Shown here: positions 49,043 through 60,949 of the stretch, piece by piece
Layout: the number at the start of each line of letters is the position of its first letter
How positions within the stretch are numbered: the first letter of the stretch is position 1
The notes under the pieces: generated by a model
The model's input: only the letters and a program-made list of their open reading frames with translations
What the model was told of the DNA's origin: nothing
The model's database searches: none
Assembly (NCBI GenBank): GCA_950097015.1
Contig: CATNEN010000038.1
Coordinates: 1,116,001-1,180,000, forward strand
DNA from: Macrostomum hystrix
Lineage: Eukaryota > Animalia > Platyhelminthes
Direction of reading: 5' to 3'
DNA length: 64,000 nucleotides
Program-made: the position numbers and the translations under genes

Positions 49043-49720
49043 TTATGTTTTGTATTTGGCCGCGCAGTTCACAGTCACCGACTCGAAGTGCTTGACGAAG
49101 ACCCTGTCATCCCGGCTGCTCTTCGCTCTGCATCCGGGCAGCCGTTTGTAGACCTGACGAAAATAGTTAATCGCTTCGCATTCCAAACTTGCAGGGCTGC
49201 TCAAAGCCGGTTTGGTCCTGATGCACTCAGCGTGGACAATCAGCATGGGCACATTTTCCGGGTACATCATCACCTTGTAGCGCACAGGACACAGTCGGTT
49301 GCGGAGTCGCCTCAGAGGCTTACTCAATGGCATGATGTCCGGGTACTCGTCGTCGGTTATAGCCTCGTCAGCCAGCTGTTGCAGCTTCTTCTGCAGGTTA
49401 ATCCACTCCTGCTGCTGCAGCTGAAGGTCCCGATTATCGGCAGTGCCGGGGCTGCTTATCTCCTCAATCAGGCAGTCGGTGCGGTGTTGGCTACTGTTGC
49501 AGGCCAGCAGTTCACTTGGCAAGGCTTTCATGTTTTCGCAATGCACATCGTCAATGCTCAGCTGCCTGAACTGTCTTGTGTCATTTCTGATGGCTTCTTC
49601 GCTCATACAGAAATCGACAGCTAGTGACAGCAGGACTAAAACTGTTAATATGTAGCGACCTGATACAGTAGGCATAGCAACGGTTTGTGATTGCTGGTTA
49701 GTGTCTGTGAGAACTGTCAT
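49043..49720 (-). CDS. Interleukin-17-like secreted cystine-knot cytokine
   Basis: Intronless. Signal peptide probably from ATG 49675 (MPTVSGRYILTVLVLLSLAVDFCMS). The C-terminus NRLCPVRYK...VPMLIVHAEC...ECEAINYFRQVYKR...C...ESVTVNC follows the IL-17 pattern (RSxxPWxY...RxPxxIxEAxC...VLRR...VxVGC). Confidence 0.75.
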   Translation of the reverse strand: MTVLTDTNQQSQTVAMPTVSGRYILTVLVLLSLAVDFCMSEEAIRNDTRQFRQLSIDDVHCENMKALPSELLACNSSQHRTDCLIEEISSPGTADNRDLQLQQQEWINLQKKLQQLADEAITDDEYPDIMPLSKPLRRLRNRLCPVRYKVMMYPENVPMLIVHAECIRTKPALSSPASLECEAINYFRQVYKRLPGCRAKSSRDDRVFVKHFESVTVNCAAKYKT

Positions 49721-49746
49721 TAGATAGTTGGTACCAGGGCTGATGT

Positions 49747-49757
49747 CTTATATATAC
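49747..49757 (-). promoter_or_regulatory. Candidate TATA box of the IL-17-like gene
   Basis: Minus-strand TATATATAAG about 30 nt upstream of ATG 49720. Confidence 0.4.
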
Positions 49758-52394
49758 ATGATGGACTCGTGATGTTTACATGTAGTGACTGACTAAATTT
49801 GGGGGCAAAATGTGTTCTGTCATGCCTAATTTTAGTCAATTTAACACTAGACTGCACGAGGCAGTTATCATCTAAACAATTGCTGTGCTTGCTGCTTCAG
49901 TTGAATTTTTCTAACTCTGTGTCGGCTGTGTCGTGTGAATTTAAATAGCACTTGCGCTGTGATTAGTCTTTCTGACTATCAGGATAAGCCAATGTAGGAT
50001 GTAGCTAATATTAAATCATATCGTCAGTTTCTTTAATACCGAGCTGACTAGTTATTAAAAACTGGAGTTTCACTCGGACAATCGCCATCACCATTTGGCT
50101 ATTATAATATAAAAGCGCTGGCCACTTGTGACGCTTTTAAATTAACTGCAAATCCCATATTTGGTATTTTAAATAAATCCGTTGTCTTTCTTTGTAACTT
50201 ATCCAATAAAATTTGAACTACTCCTTTATAAGTTCATATCTAATCATTTGCCTGCCTGAGTTGCCTGAATTGCTCATAAATTAGATTTCAGCAGTGCTTC
50301 AATAACGATTGATTATATCATATTGCTATCATTATGTCTGGTTTTACTAACAGAAGTTGACCACATTTGACCAGTGACCCCTCAGTCTGTTAAAGTATAC
50401 ATAGATGTACTTTATTAGTCTATAGATTAGTCTAGTCTTATACATATAGTCTTATCTAGAGATTAGTCTATATACAACTTGAGACACTAACAATAGGTGA
50501 CTCCTCGTCTGACAGGTAAAACGCACCAATTAGTGGACACTAATTTCGATTGCAATATTATCTAACAAATTACACATCGAATACAGGATATCTGTAATTT
50601 ATGTCTTTGTCTTGTCAAATCTAGCGACTTGATAACATGTTTACGTCAGGAACGTACAAACGTACGTCAGAACGTACGTTCTGGCACGTACAAACAGTAT
50701 AGTCAACCAACAGTCTAACAGCGTATCACTGATTCGAGTTAAAGTTCACACCTTAAACTTATAGAGAGACGAGAAAACTTTGAACTGTAGATCTGTGACT
50801 TTGAGTCTGTGGGACACTAGTTTAAAAAACTTCAGTTCAGTTTCCTTAAAAAAATAACAAAACTTTCATTCACGCAACTTCAAAGCTACTTTCGTTCAGT
50901 CCTTCCCGTCCCGACTCCCGGTCCCGATATTCCTTCGTTTCCTTCAATTGTTTTTTAGATTTACTTCCCTCCACAATCTTCAATAAAATTCGTACTCAGT
51001 CTGTACTGTACTGTGTTTTCCGTAACAACCCCGGTAGTCCGGTGGTAGTATGTAGTACAACACAACCGTCCCAACTCCCAAACCGTAAGCAAAGTCGATC
51101 TGTCTAAAAAAACAAAGTGAAGGTTTGTCGGCTTCCAGTTTTTTTCCTGTTTATTTGTTTCTTCGTTTTTGTGTTCTGGCACGGAGCAGCATGGCAGAGG
51201 CAGAGGCAGAGGGGGGGGTTGAAGCTGAACTGAAGTCCGTTGAAATGTTGCTACAGGATCCATACTTCAGGAAGCAGAACTTCAGAAGTCCAGGACTGAG
51301 TCACGGCACTGAACCTGGGCCTAGTTTACTCGTACAGTCGTACAAGCGTGTATTACAGACAGTACTGGTCAGGTCACAAATTAAGTTTCTGTAATGTAAG
51401 CTTGAGTCTTAGTACGCCCCTTCCCCAAGAAGACCCTTCCGGTCCGACAACGCCGCAAACCAACAAAGTAAACATTTTAGCGCAATGCCGCATCGTGCTC
51501 GTGGTTAACTTGGGTTTAATTGGAGCTTGCATTGCTTGGGCCCCGGCCATGCAAAATTTTACTATTCTTTTAATCAGAATTCAGAATGTTTGCTGCACTG
51601 ACAAGTGCAATGCAAAGAGTGAGAAGCGAAGCGAGCTGGCGGACAAAGACACACTTCAAGCAATTCCTTCTCATGCTGGTGTGCGCTTTACTTTCTATTC
51701 CTTTCTTTCTTCTCCCTTCCATTCATTCCTTCCTTCCTTCGTGCCCCCGCGCGTTAGACCACGCAAAACACGCATGCACAAGCGTGGGGTCTTGAGGGTG
51801 CACGGGCCCCTCCTCCAACCCGAAACGGGCGTCTGGATTTCTCTCGCTAGTTCAGCGCACAAGAGTGGTTTAATCAATAAAGTCAAGGTCGCTCTCTGGT
51901 TGGCTAGCGCAGCCCCCAACCAGGCCCAGCCCCTTCCCTTCCTAGGCCTTACACTCCACTCAATAAAAAAGGACACACCCGTTCGCGTAGTTTGCCCTGC
52001 TTCGTCTGTCTGTGACTGCTCTGAGTTAGGCCTAGGTAGCTGTCTTGCTTTCAGTTTCATCTCATCGTCTCGGAAAATAAATAGCTAGGCCTAGCTCCAT
52101 TTATCAGCGTAAGTTAAAAAATGTTGAATATTAAGGGCCTCAGCCTGATGAACTCCTTCAGATTAAATTGACGTCTTACCTGGCATTATTGGAAGGAATG
52201 CTGAGAGTACTGTCTTCGTTTTTTAACAGTTTCAAAGACGTTTTAAGCACTTCAGCAAATTTCTAATACTGTCAGGTAATGATGTCTGATAAAGGAATGC
52301 ACACCGTGCGTCCCCATTGCTTCCGTTGTAATTAACTTCGCACATTTATCTGACTCTGCTACTTTTAATAACAATTCGCAGCTTTAATTTAAAC

Positions 52395-52656
52395 CAGGGG
52401 TAGGCAAACTTATTTGCTGGCGGGCCAAAGAGAGAACCTAAAAGACGACAGCGGGCCGCATTGACTGTATAAATATGAGACACGGGAGAGATTAGACACA
52501 GGAGAAATTAGACACGAGAGGGATTAGACACGAGAGAGATAAGAGACGGGAGAGATTAGACACGAGAGATAAAACAGGACACTAGATGTCAGTAGAGGCA
52601 ATGGGCCGGATTTGGGAGCTTCGAGGGCCGCATCTGGCCCGCGGGCCGGAGTCCTG
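52395..52656. mobile_element. hAT/Charlie-like MITE with internal 15-16-bp tandem array
   Basis: 5' TIR CAGGGGTAGGCAAAC, subterminal GCGGGCC motifs, eroded 3' TIR (...ccggagtCCTG), exact 8-bp TSD ATTTAAAC (52387-52394; 52657-52664). Confidence 0.85.
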
Positions 52657-53757
52657 ATTTAAACCAAGGATTTTTTAATGAGAAGCCTATTTTATATTTA
52701 TATTTGTAGAAGTCCTTCGTCCTTGATTTAAACCGGGCATTGGCAATTTGGCAGGCATAGTAGTAGTAGGTTGCCAAGATGCTGAGAACCTATTTTTGTA
52801 CAAGAGAATTCCACTACTACCAGTAAAATCAATGTTTAGAAAGTTGATAAAACAAGAAAAAGCAGTCTGCCTAAAAGAGAAGAAATGCAAGAAATTGAAA
52901 ACTTCCTCAATAAGACAAGCGAAGCCAGTCGAGATTAGCCTAAAATAAATTCTAATTCACAGCAAATCAGATGAATAGCTGTGAGATTGTCGATGCGATT
53001 AATATTAATAAAGAAGTTTTTAATGTTTGATAATAGTTGAGACTGTTTCCGGGCAAAAAAGCTTTTTATAATGGATGCAACTTTTCTGTTCTCAAAGTAC
53101 GAAAAACTAATTTTGCGCCGAAAACCCCAGATTACGAGTACATGCATGACCCTCTCAATAAATCTGTGTTTGCTATGGCAAGCCTTACCTCCGATAATGA
53201 TGAATTATGGAATACATCACATACATGTGCGAATGCAGTTTGCGCATCGAGCTCTAAAATGTCTGCTTTCTAGCAACTTCTGCAACGCCTCCATTAGCGC
53301 CACGTACATAAATGAGTCGGGGCTGCAGCACAGAAAGAACCGCTGTTCGAGGACTAAATATATTTCCTGTCCAAATATTTCCCCGTTGCTGTCATTTCCA
53401 CGCATTTACACTGGCAATGCTTGCGAGCGCATACGCATTGAATCGTAGAACTCCAAAACCCTTTATTTATTCGAGTGTTCGAGTGAAGTTCGTCAATGCC
53501 TAAAATTACAAGAAAACTCGCGCGGTACTCAAGGCTTATGTGACTACAACAATTCTAAATAATCTTAATAGATTGATTAATATTAACCCACAAAAATAGT
53601 AATTTAATTAGAGCAACTAAGCAGTTTCTGCGGTTCGTCCTGCTCATCCTCACAGTCATTGACTGCGCATGTACATAGTGTACTCATATTCCATTCATCT
53701 TGTAGTCGTTGTAGATATTCCGAACAAGGCTTCAAATCTCGTTTAGTTGCCGCCTAT

Positions 53758-54040
53758 AGGTTGTAGCCTATAGTGTTTAGAGCGAAGGACTCACGACTTG
53801 AAGGTCAGAGGTTCGATTCCTGGCTTCACTGGAACAGTTTTGTGTCGTCCTTTAGCGAGACACTTAACGCTACATTGCTTCAGTTCACCCAGCTGCTAAA
53901 TGGGTACCAGCATCAGCTGGGGTAATTGAGGGTGGGTGTGGCGTCCCCCAGTCCATGGACTCAACAGTCGTGCGCAGCCTTCAGATGGGCGCTGCGCTGT
54001 CGGCTGCACATCGGGATCGATTAAGACAGGTGTAAAAAAC
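53758..54040 (+). mobile_element. tRNA-derived SINE with CORE-like central domain (family B)
   Basis: A box-like TAGCCTATAGTG and B box GGTTCGATTCC (53810-53820). These are followed by gtgtcgtcctttagcgagacacttaac...cacccagctgctaaatgggtacc, resembling the CORE domain; A-rich end. Confidence 0.7.
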
Positions 54041-54092
54041 ATTACGAAAATTATTATTGGTAGCAAAAAGTTTTAAATTTGAGGTACAGCAT

Positions 54093-54270
54093 ATAATAAT
54101 AATAATATTTGCATGAGGGCTGCGGGCAGTGGCACATCATTTGGTGACACTAGACTCGCAGCCAGCGAGGAGGCAATTCTGCCCATTCGGCAGACTCCTG
54201 AGCACACACGCACAAAGATACAGATGTGTACATCTGCACTGACTTTATCATCGTCAGGCCGTGTACAATT
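54093..54270 (-). mobile_element. SINE family A copy 4 (3' half)
   Basis: Reverse complement of the SINE A 3' region including GCCTCCTCGCTGGC, the terminal hairpin and the (ATT)n tail. Confidence 0.85.
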
Positions 54271-55450
54271 GGGCAGGCACAGGCACTGTATAGTCTCTGC
54301 CATTCAGAATTCATCAGTTAAATTATGCGCATTTAGAAGATAATAGTTTGCAGTGTTATTGGTTTCAGTTCTAGCTTCCTCTCTTTTGTTTCCAACAACA
54401 ATGGATTTCTACAATTTATTAGATATACTTCATAATATAGTGAAGCACACAGTACTGTTTTAGAAGCAATGCTTTCCATCCTGAGTTTATTGTTGCAGTT
54501 CAGAACTCTGCTTTCCGATTCTTTCTGAAAATATATTAAGTTGAGTTTCACTTCGTGGTATGTAACTTTTGGCAACATTTGCGAGGCCGAGTTTTCGGCG
54601 AGATTTCTTTAGTCTACAATTGCACAAAGTCACGGATCCGTCCTTGTAGAATCAATATAAGCTCATCATCTAAGAGAGAAACAAATTATTGCCTTGCACT
54701 ATAAGAACATTGATCCAGTCGTAAATATATTTGCGACCTCTCTACTTAAAGTAGGGCACATAAAAAATTCGCTTTTTTTAAGAGTTTCCAAATAAGAAAT
54801 GCAAACTATGCACGCAGAATGTTCTGTCGCATTGTTCGGTCCCGGCCACGAATCCTTGGCGAGTCTTTGAGTGGGTCCAACCAAAGGATCCACATTAAAT
54901 CGAAACCTTTTTTCGCCAAACATTTTTAAACTATGCGAGCGCTACTGTGAAAACTTGTTTCAATTCCTGGTTACAGGAGAAAAACCTATGCATAGAATTA
55001 TTAGCAGCCCCGGATCTTTCGACTCACTGTGCAATAAAAAAATGTCTTCTTAAAGCAAAGAAGCAGTGCAGCTGGTTTTCTTCAGAGCACAGTTACTACA
55101 CGGCTCTCACCAACTTCACCCGCTGCAGCCGCTCAAAATAATTTATTGATTTGACTTTCTGCGCGGCATATAGATTATAGAAATTCATACTCTGTGGCCG
55201 AATGCGTTTTGAAAATCCTCAACCTTCCTATATATGTAGCCCGCTTACTCGTCACGATCCCATGATAAACTCCCTGCCTTACATTTTCTGCTTCGAAGCC
55301 TCAAACTGAAAGCCGCGACTAGCAAGCAGAAATGTCCGGCGAAGGCGGTGAGTTGACTGACACTTTTTTTCTGAGGCCTAAGTCAGAGTCAAAGAACACG
55401 GCGAACCTATCTAGAAAGTTAAGTAAAAATTAGCTAACATCTAACAGTGC

Positions 55451-55993
55451 TAACAGTTACAGGTGGGCAATTCTTGAACAGGTGACTGCCCGTATCTAAC
55501 AGTTACAGGTGGGCAATTCTTGAACAGGTGACTGCCTGTATCTAACAGGTGCAGGTGGGCAATTCTTGAACAGGTGACTGCCCGCATCTAACAGTTACAG
55601 GTGGGCAATCCTTGAACAGGTGACTGCCCGCATTTAACAGTTACAGGTGGGCAATTCTTGAACAGGTGACTCCCCGTATCTAACAGTTACAGGTGGGCAA
55701 TCCTCGAACAGGTGACTGCCCGCATCTAACAGTTACAGGTGGGCAATCCTCGAACAGGTGACTCCCCGTATCTAACAGTTACAGGTGGGCAATCCTTGAA
55801 CAGGTGACTGCCCGCATTTAACAGTTACAGGTGGGCAATTCTTGAACAGGTGACTCCCCGTATCTAACAGTTACAGGTGGGCAATCCTCGAACAGGTGAC
55901 TGCCCGCATCTAACAGTTACAGGTGGGCAATCCTCGAACAGGTGACTCCCCGTATCTAACAGGTGCAGGTGGGCAATCCTTGAACAGGTGACT
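55451..55993. repeat. 46-bp minisatellite (taacagttacaggtgggcaattcttgaacaggtgactgcccgtatc)
   Basis: About 12 units. Confidence 0.96.
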
Positions 55994-56324
55994 CGCCGAA
56001 TAGAATAGGTCATTTAAATCTAAGTCGAGGCATTGCATAAGGTTTAAAAAATGTGCGCCTTTCATTTCAGAAGCCGCACCTGCTACAGAGGTCGGTAACG
56101 CTCCTGCTTCTGAATTGTCAAAGTAATTCATCCAATATGATTACAAGAACGACATTTTATCGAAAATTTCCAGACTACAACAACAGAAGAAGTGAAAACT
56201 GTCGAGGAGACAACAACTGAGGTCGGTTGGCCATTCTCTAATTCGTATTAGCAGAACCTGCACTTTTTTACTTATTTTGTAGTGCTCTATGAAAGACTAA
56301 CCCGACTGAAAATCTCTTGATCAT

Positions 56325-56960
56325 TGAGGGGAATTCTATGGAGGGGATTCCATTGATGGGGATTCCGCAGAGAGGGATTCCGCAGAGAGGGATTCTGCTG
56401 AGAGTAGGTTCTGCTAAGGGGGTTCCACTTAGGGGAAATCCACTAGGTGGAATCCACAAGGGCAATTTCAATGAGGAAAAACCACTGAGAGGAGATTCCA
56501 AAACGAGGGATTTTATTGAGGGGATTCCGTTGAGGGGATTCCTCTGAGGGGATTCCATTGAGGGGATTCCTCTAAGGGGATTCCATTTAGGGTATTTCAC
56601 TTTGGGGCATTCCATTTAGGGGGATTCCATTTAGGGGATTCCATTTAGGGGGATTCCATTTAGGGGGATTCCATTTAGGGGGATTACATTTAGGGGGATT
56701 CCATTTAGGGGGATTCCATTTAGGGGGATTCCATTTAGGGGGATTCCATTTAGGGGGATTCCATTTTGGGGGATTCCATTTAGGAGGATTCCACTGAGGG
56801 GGGTTCCATCTAGGGGGATTCCACTGAGGGGGATTCCATTTTGGGGTATTCCACGTAGGGGCATACCCTAAGTGGCCCCTTAGGTCCCCTTAGTGACCTT
56901 AGGGTCCCCTGACCTTAGGTTCCACTAAGGGTGATTCCCCATTTTGGGGGATTCCACTAA
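56325..56960. repeat. 15-bp G-rich minisatellite (ggggattccatttag)
   Basis: Homogeneous core 56610-56790 with degenerate flanks. Confidence 0.92.
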
Positions 56961-57867
56961 ACGAAGCATTACACAGAGCAGATTGCACTGAGATTCCATT
57001 GAAATAGAGAAATTTCGATTCGATCGTCCTCAGGAAAAAAAAGCCGGCGATGCCAATGGAGACGCCAAGGCGAATGAGGGAGACGTGAACAAGAATGTCA
57101 AGGACCAGCAGCCGGGAAATGTGTGTTGCGCCATTGTCTGACACATTTTCACCACTGGGTTGTCTTCTTTTTTGGTAGTTCACGAAACTTCAAACTTGTT
57201 TGAGTCTCGAGATGCTGCTTCTAGCAAAATTGATTTTTTTTCGGCGAGCTTGTTGTGTCAAAGAAAGGCCGGATAGTTGAGCCATAGAGCCTGAAGAGAC
57301 AACCTGCTAGATGAGGCCTTGGCATCAGATTCTATATTCTACAGAGCTCCATTGAGTTAAATTGTGGTTTTGTTTTATGTATTCGCTTAACTGTCCAATT
57401 TATTATGCAGTTGTAACAATACCAGTATGGTTTAAGCGTTTCCTTAAATTGTATGTATTTTCTATTTTTTTGTTATAAACTGTGATTTGGCGAGTCTACT
57501 CTTGGCTTGGAATGACAATATTTTTTATTAGGTGTTAGCAACAAACAAAAATTAGTACAACCAAAGACATTGAGAAGGTAAATTAGTTTTATCAATATTT
57601 CAGTTTTAAGCAGTTCATTACTGTCTTCAATTTATTGAACATCTCAATTTTAAACGAGGCCAAAAAACAGATTTACCAAAATCCGATGGAAAATATAATT
57701 CGACAAGTTGAAAGAACACGTGGAAATAAAAATGTCTTTTTGTCTAATCGAGGTAATGGTTACTCGAGTTTTTAGTAAACATTAGTTTCTTGTAACTTTC
57801 GACCAGTTCTGCGGAGACATCTAGAATTCACTCTCGTGTTCAGTAAAATGCGGAGAGTTAAGAGACA

Positions 57868-58070
57868 TCAAAGAAAGGTACTGCCGCCACCGCCTCCACC
57901 GAAGCCGCTTCTGCCGGACATTCCGGACATTGCTAAGAAGCGCGGCACGTGGGTGTTTGAAGGCGACACAGTTGAGACATTCTCTTGACGTCTCTGCTGC
58001 GGCAGATCCAGCCAGTTCTGCAGCGGATGGCTAGTACACTCTTCAGAGTCTTCAAGCTGCTCATGCTGCA

Positions 58071-58110
<40 letters not shown>

Positions 58111-60929
58111 ACTAGAGCGCAAGTTTGATTTCATGAAGACGCCTGCTGGACCTCCTGTGGCGATTCTAAATGTTGGAATCGAGTAAACAGTCAACAGAAT
58201 TCTACATTTCCAAAAAGTCCGAATATTTTTAACGTAAAAAATTCGATAGAGAAACTGCATCCGGTTTGTCAATCCAATGGTAGATCTCATTCCAAGACAG
58301 ATGCACTGTTAAAGGTCAAACTTCCTAAACGGATACACCTTGCATGGTTACTAAGCCTCATTAACGGGTACACATTGTTTGCGAAGCCTCATTAACGGGT
58401 ACACATTGGTTGCGAAGCCTCATTAACGGGTACACATTGGTTGCGAAGCCTCATTAACGGGTACACATTGGTTGCGAAGCCTCATTAACGGGTACACATT
58501 GGTTGCTAAGCCTCATTAACGGGTACACATTGGTTGCTAAACCTCATTAACGGGTATACATTGGTTGCGAAGCCTCATTAACGGGTACACATTGTTTGCG
58601 AAGCCTCATTAACGGGTACACATTGGTTGCGAAGCCTCATTAACGGGTACACATTGGTTGCTAAGCCTCATTAACGGGTACACATTGGTTGCTAAGCCTC
58701 ATTAACGGGTACACATTGGTTGCTAAGCCTCATTAACGGGTACACATTGGTTGCTAAGCCTCATTAACGGGTACACATTGTTTGCGAAGCCTCATTAACG
58801 GGTACACATTGGTTGCGAAGCCTCATTTACGGGTACACATTGGTTGCTAAGCCTCATTAACGGGTACACATTGGTTGCTAAGCCTCATTAACGGGTACAC
58901 ATTGGTTGCTAAGCCTCATTAACGGGTACACATTGGTTGCTAAGCCTCATTAACGGGTACACATAGGTTGCGAAGCCTCATTTACGGGTACACATTGGTT
59001 GCTAAGCCTCATTAACGGGTACACATATGTTGCGAAGCCTCATTTACGGGTACACATTGGTTGCTAAGCCTCATTAACGGGTACACATTGGTTCTGGTTG
59101 CTTAGACTCATTAATGGGTACACATTGGTTGCTAAGCCTCATTAATGGGTACACATTGGTTGCGAAGCCTCATTAACGGGTACACATTGGTTGCTAAGCC
59201 TCATTAACGGGTACACATTGGTTGCTAAGCCTCATTAACGGGTACACATTGGTTGCTAAACCTCATTAACGGGTATACATTGGTTGCGAAGCCTCATTAA
59301 CGGGTACACATTGTTTGCGAAGCCTCATTAACGGGTACACATTGGTTGCGAAGCCTCATTAACGGGTACACATTGGTTGCTAAGCCTCATTAACGGGTAC
59401 ACATTGGTTGCTAAGCCTCATTAACGGGTACACATTGGTTGCTAAGCCTCATTAACGGGTACACATTGGTTGCTAAGCCTCATTAACGGGTACACATTGG
59501 TTGCTAAGCCTCATTAACGGGTACACATTGGTTGCTAAGCCTCATTAACGGGTACACATAGGTTGCGAAGCCTCATTTACGGGTACACATTGGTTGCTAA
59601 GCCTCATTAACGGGTACACATATGTTGCGAAGCCTCATTTACGGGTACACATTGGTTGCTAAGCCTCATTAACGGGTACACATTGGTTCTGGTTGCTTAG
59701 ACTCATTAATGGGTACACATTGGTTGCTAAGCCTCATTAATGGGTACACATTGGTTGCGAAGCCTCATTAACGGGTACACATTGGTTGCTAAGCCTCATT
59801 AATGGGTACACATTGGTTGCTAAGCCTCTTAAACAGATTCACATTTTTCCTAAACGGCAAAAATTTAGTTCCTAAGTCTCCTAAACAAATTCACCACTCG
59901 CTTGTGAAGCCTCGAAAAACAAAGAAAAAAGAGCATTGCGAGTTAGACTCTTCTTTTAAGCGAGCTGGCACTGGAATTGGATCAAGCTCACCTGTTCGCC
60001 GATTGCATCTGCGCTGTCGGCGCCGCCGCCGCCGCCGCCAGCAGCCGGTGCTGCTGTGAACTGGCCGACTCTCCCAGCTCAGTCTCCGAGGGCACCGGTC
60101 GGAGGCCTCTTCGACCTCGCCTAGCCAACGACTCGCTGGGATCCAGGCAGCACTGGACGATCTTGTCGTTGAGGCCGCAGACGACCAGGATGTCGGCCTC
60201 GTCGGCTGTGGCTCCGTGCCAAGCCAGCCCGCTGTCCGAGTGCTGCAGCGAGGCCTCGGAGTGGCCGAAGACCCCGGACAGCCGGCGGGCTCGGGTCTGG
60301 AACACCCGGTCCGTCATGGGCAGCAGCTCCACGCTGAAGCTCGTCAGCGTCTCGATGCTTGGAAGCGTCAGCAGGTCGTTGGAGCCACCGGCCCCGACAC
60401 CGCCGGTGGCTGACACCTGAACACAGGTAAGCAGCGGCTTAATATAAATATAATGCGTCTGACTCTAGTATCAAACGTCCTAGGTTCGAATCCAAACTGA
60501 TAGCTTTAGCTTAATCAAAACAAAATTTTGGTTGTTGATTCGGTCCTCCAGTCCTGGCGTTGTGTCGTAGAAAAGCAGTGATATCAGAGCCCTTACCTGT
60601 ATGGCAACGGTGCGTCGATCCAAAGCCAGCCTAATGAAAGGTTGCATCGCCTTTTTCAAATTCCGACGCCTCTGCCGTTCCTCTTCGACGCGAACTGTCG
60701 GCGCACTTCTAAGAAAGGCGCTCACCTCGCGATCTAGTTCGCGTTTGCCCGTTCGACGATTGATGTGCGACACAATCATGAAGAAGATGGCCATTGCGTA
60801 GACAGTTACCACGGTTACCACGTACCACATGGCGCCTTGATGATCGTAGGGAGCCTCAGTGGGCGCAGCACTTGTTGAAGGCCTGGCAGTGCCATTGATC
60901 AGCAGTTCAAACAGGCGACTGCGGCCCAT
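57868..60929 (-). CDS. Single-pass type III membrane protein, KCNE/MinK-like topology, low-complexity cytoplasmic tail
   Basis: Exons 60929-60597 (CAG|gtaagg), 60416-59992 (AG|gtgagc) and 58165-57868 (tttag|) join in frame. No signal peptide, N-terminal NGT sequon, TM AMWYVVTVVTVYAMAIFFMIVSHI, basic juxtamembrane RRTGKR, polyQ tail. The family assignment is tentative. Confidence 0.72.
58350..59828. repeat. 31-bp minisatellite (aagcctcattaacgggtacacattggttgct) in intron 2 of the KCNE-like gene
   Basis: About 47 units with duplicated variant blocks. Confidence 0.97.
60428..60508 (+). pseudogene. tRNA-like relic (SINE head or pseudo-tRNA) in an intron
   Basis: taatgcgtctgactctag...ctaGGTTCGAATCC B box; stems are degenerate. 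Confidence 0.3.
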
Positions 60930-60949
60930 TCGATTTAGGCCGGCGAATT

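Noticed and set aside
51348-52088. 246-aa ORF as a gene
   Set aside because: Non-ATG start, no recognisable domain, and no exon-like codon bias or convincing splice context.
53758-53830. Functional tRNA gene
   Set aside because: The cloverleaf is imperfect and continues into a CORE-like SINE body, so it is a SINE head.
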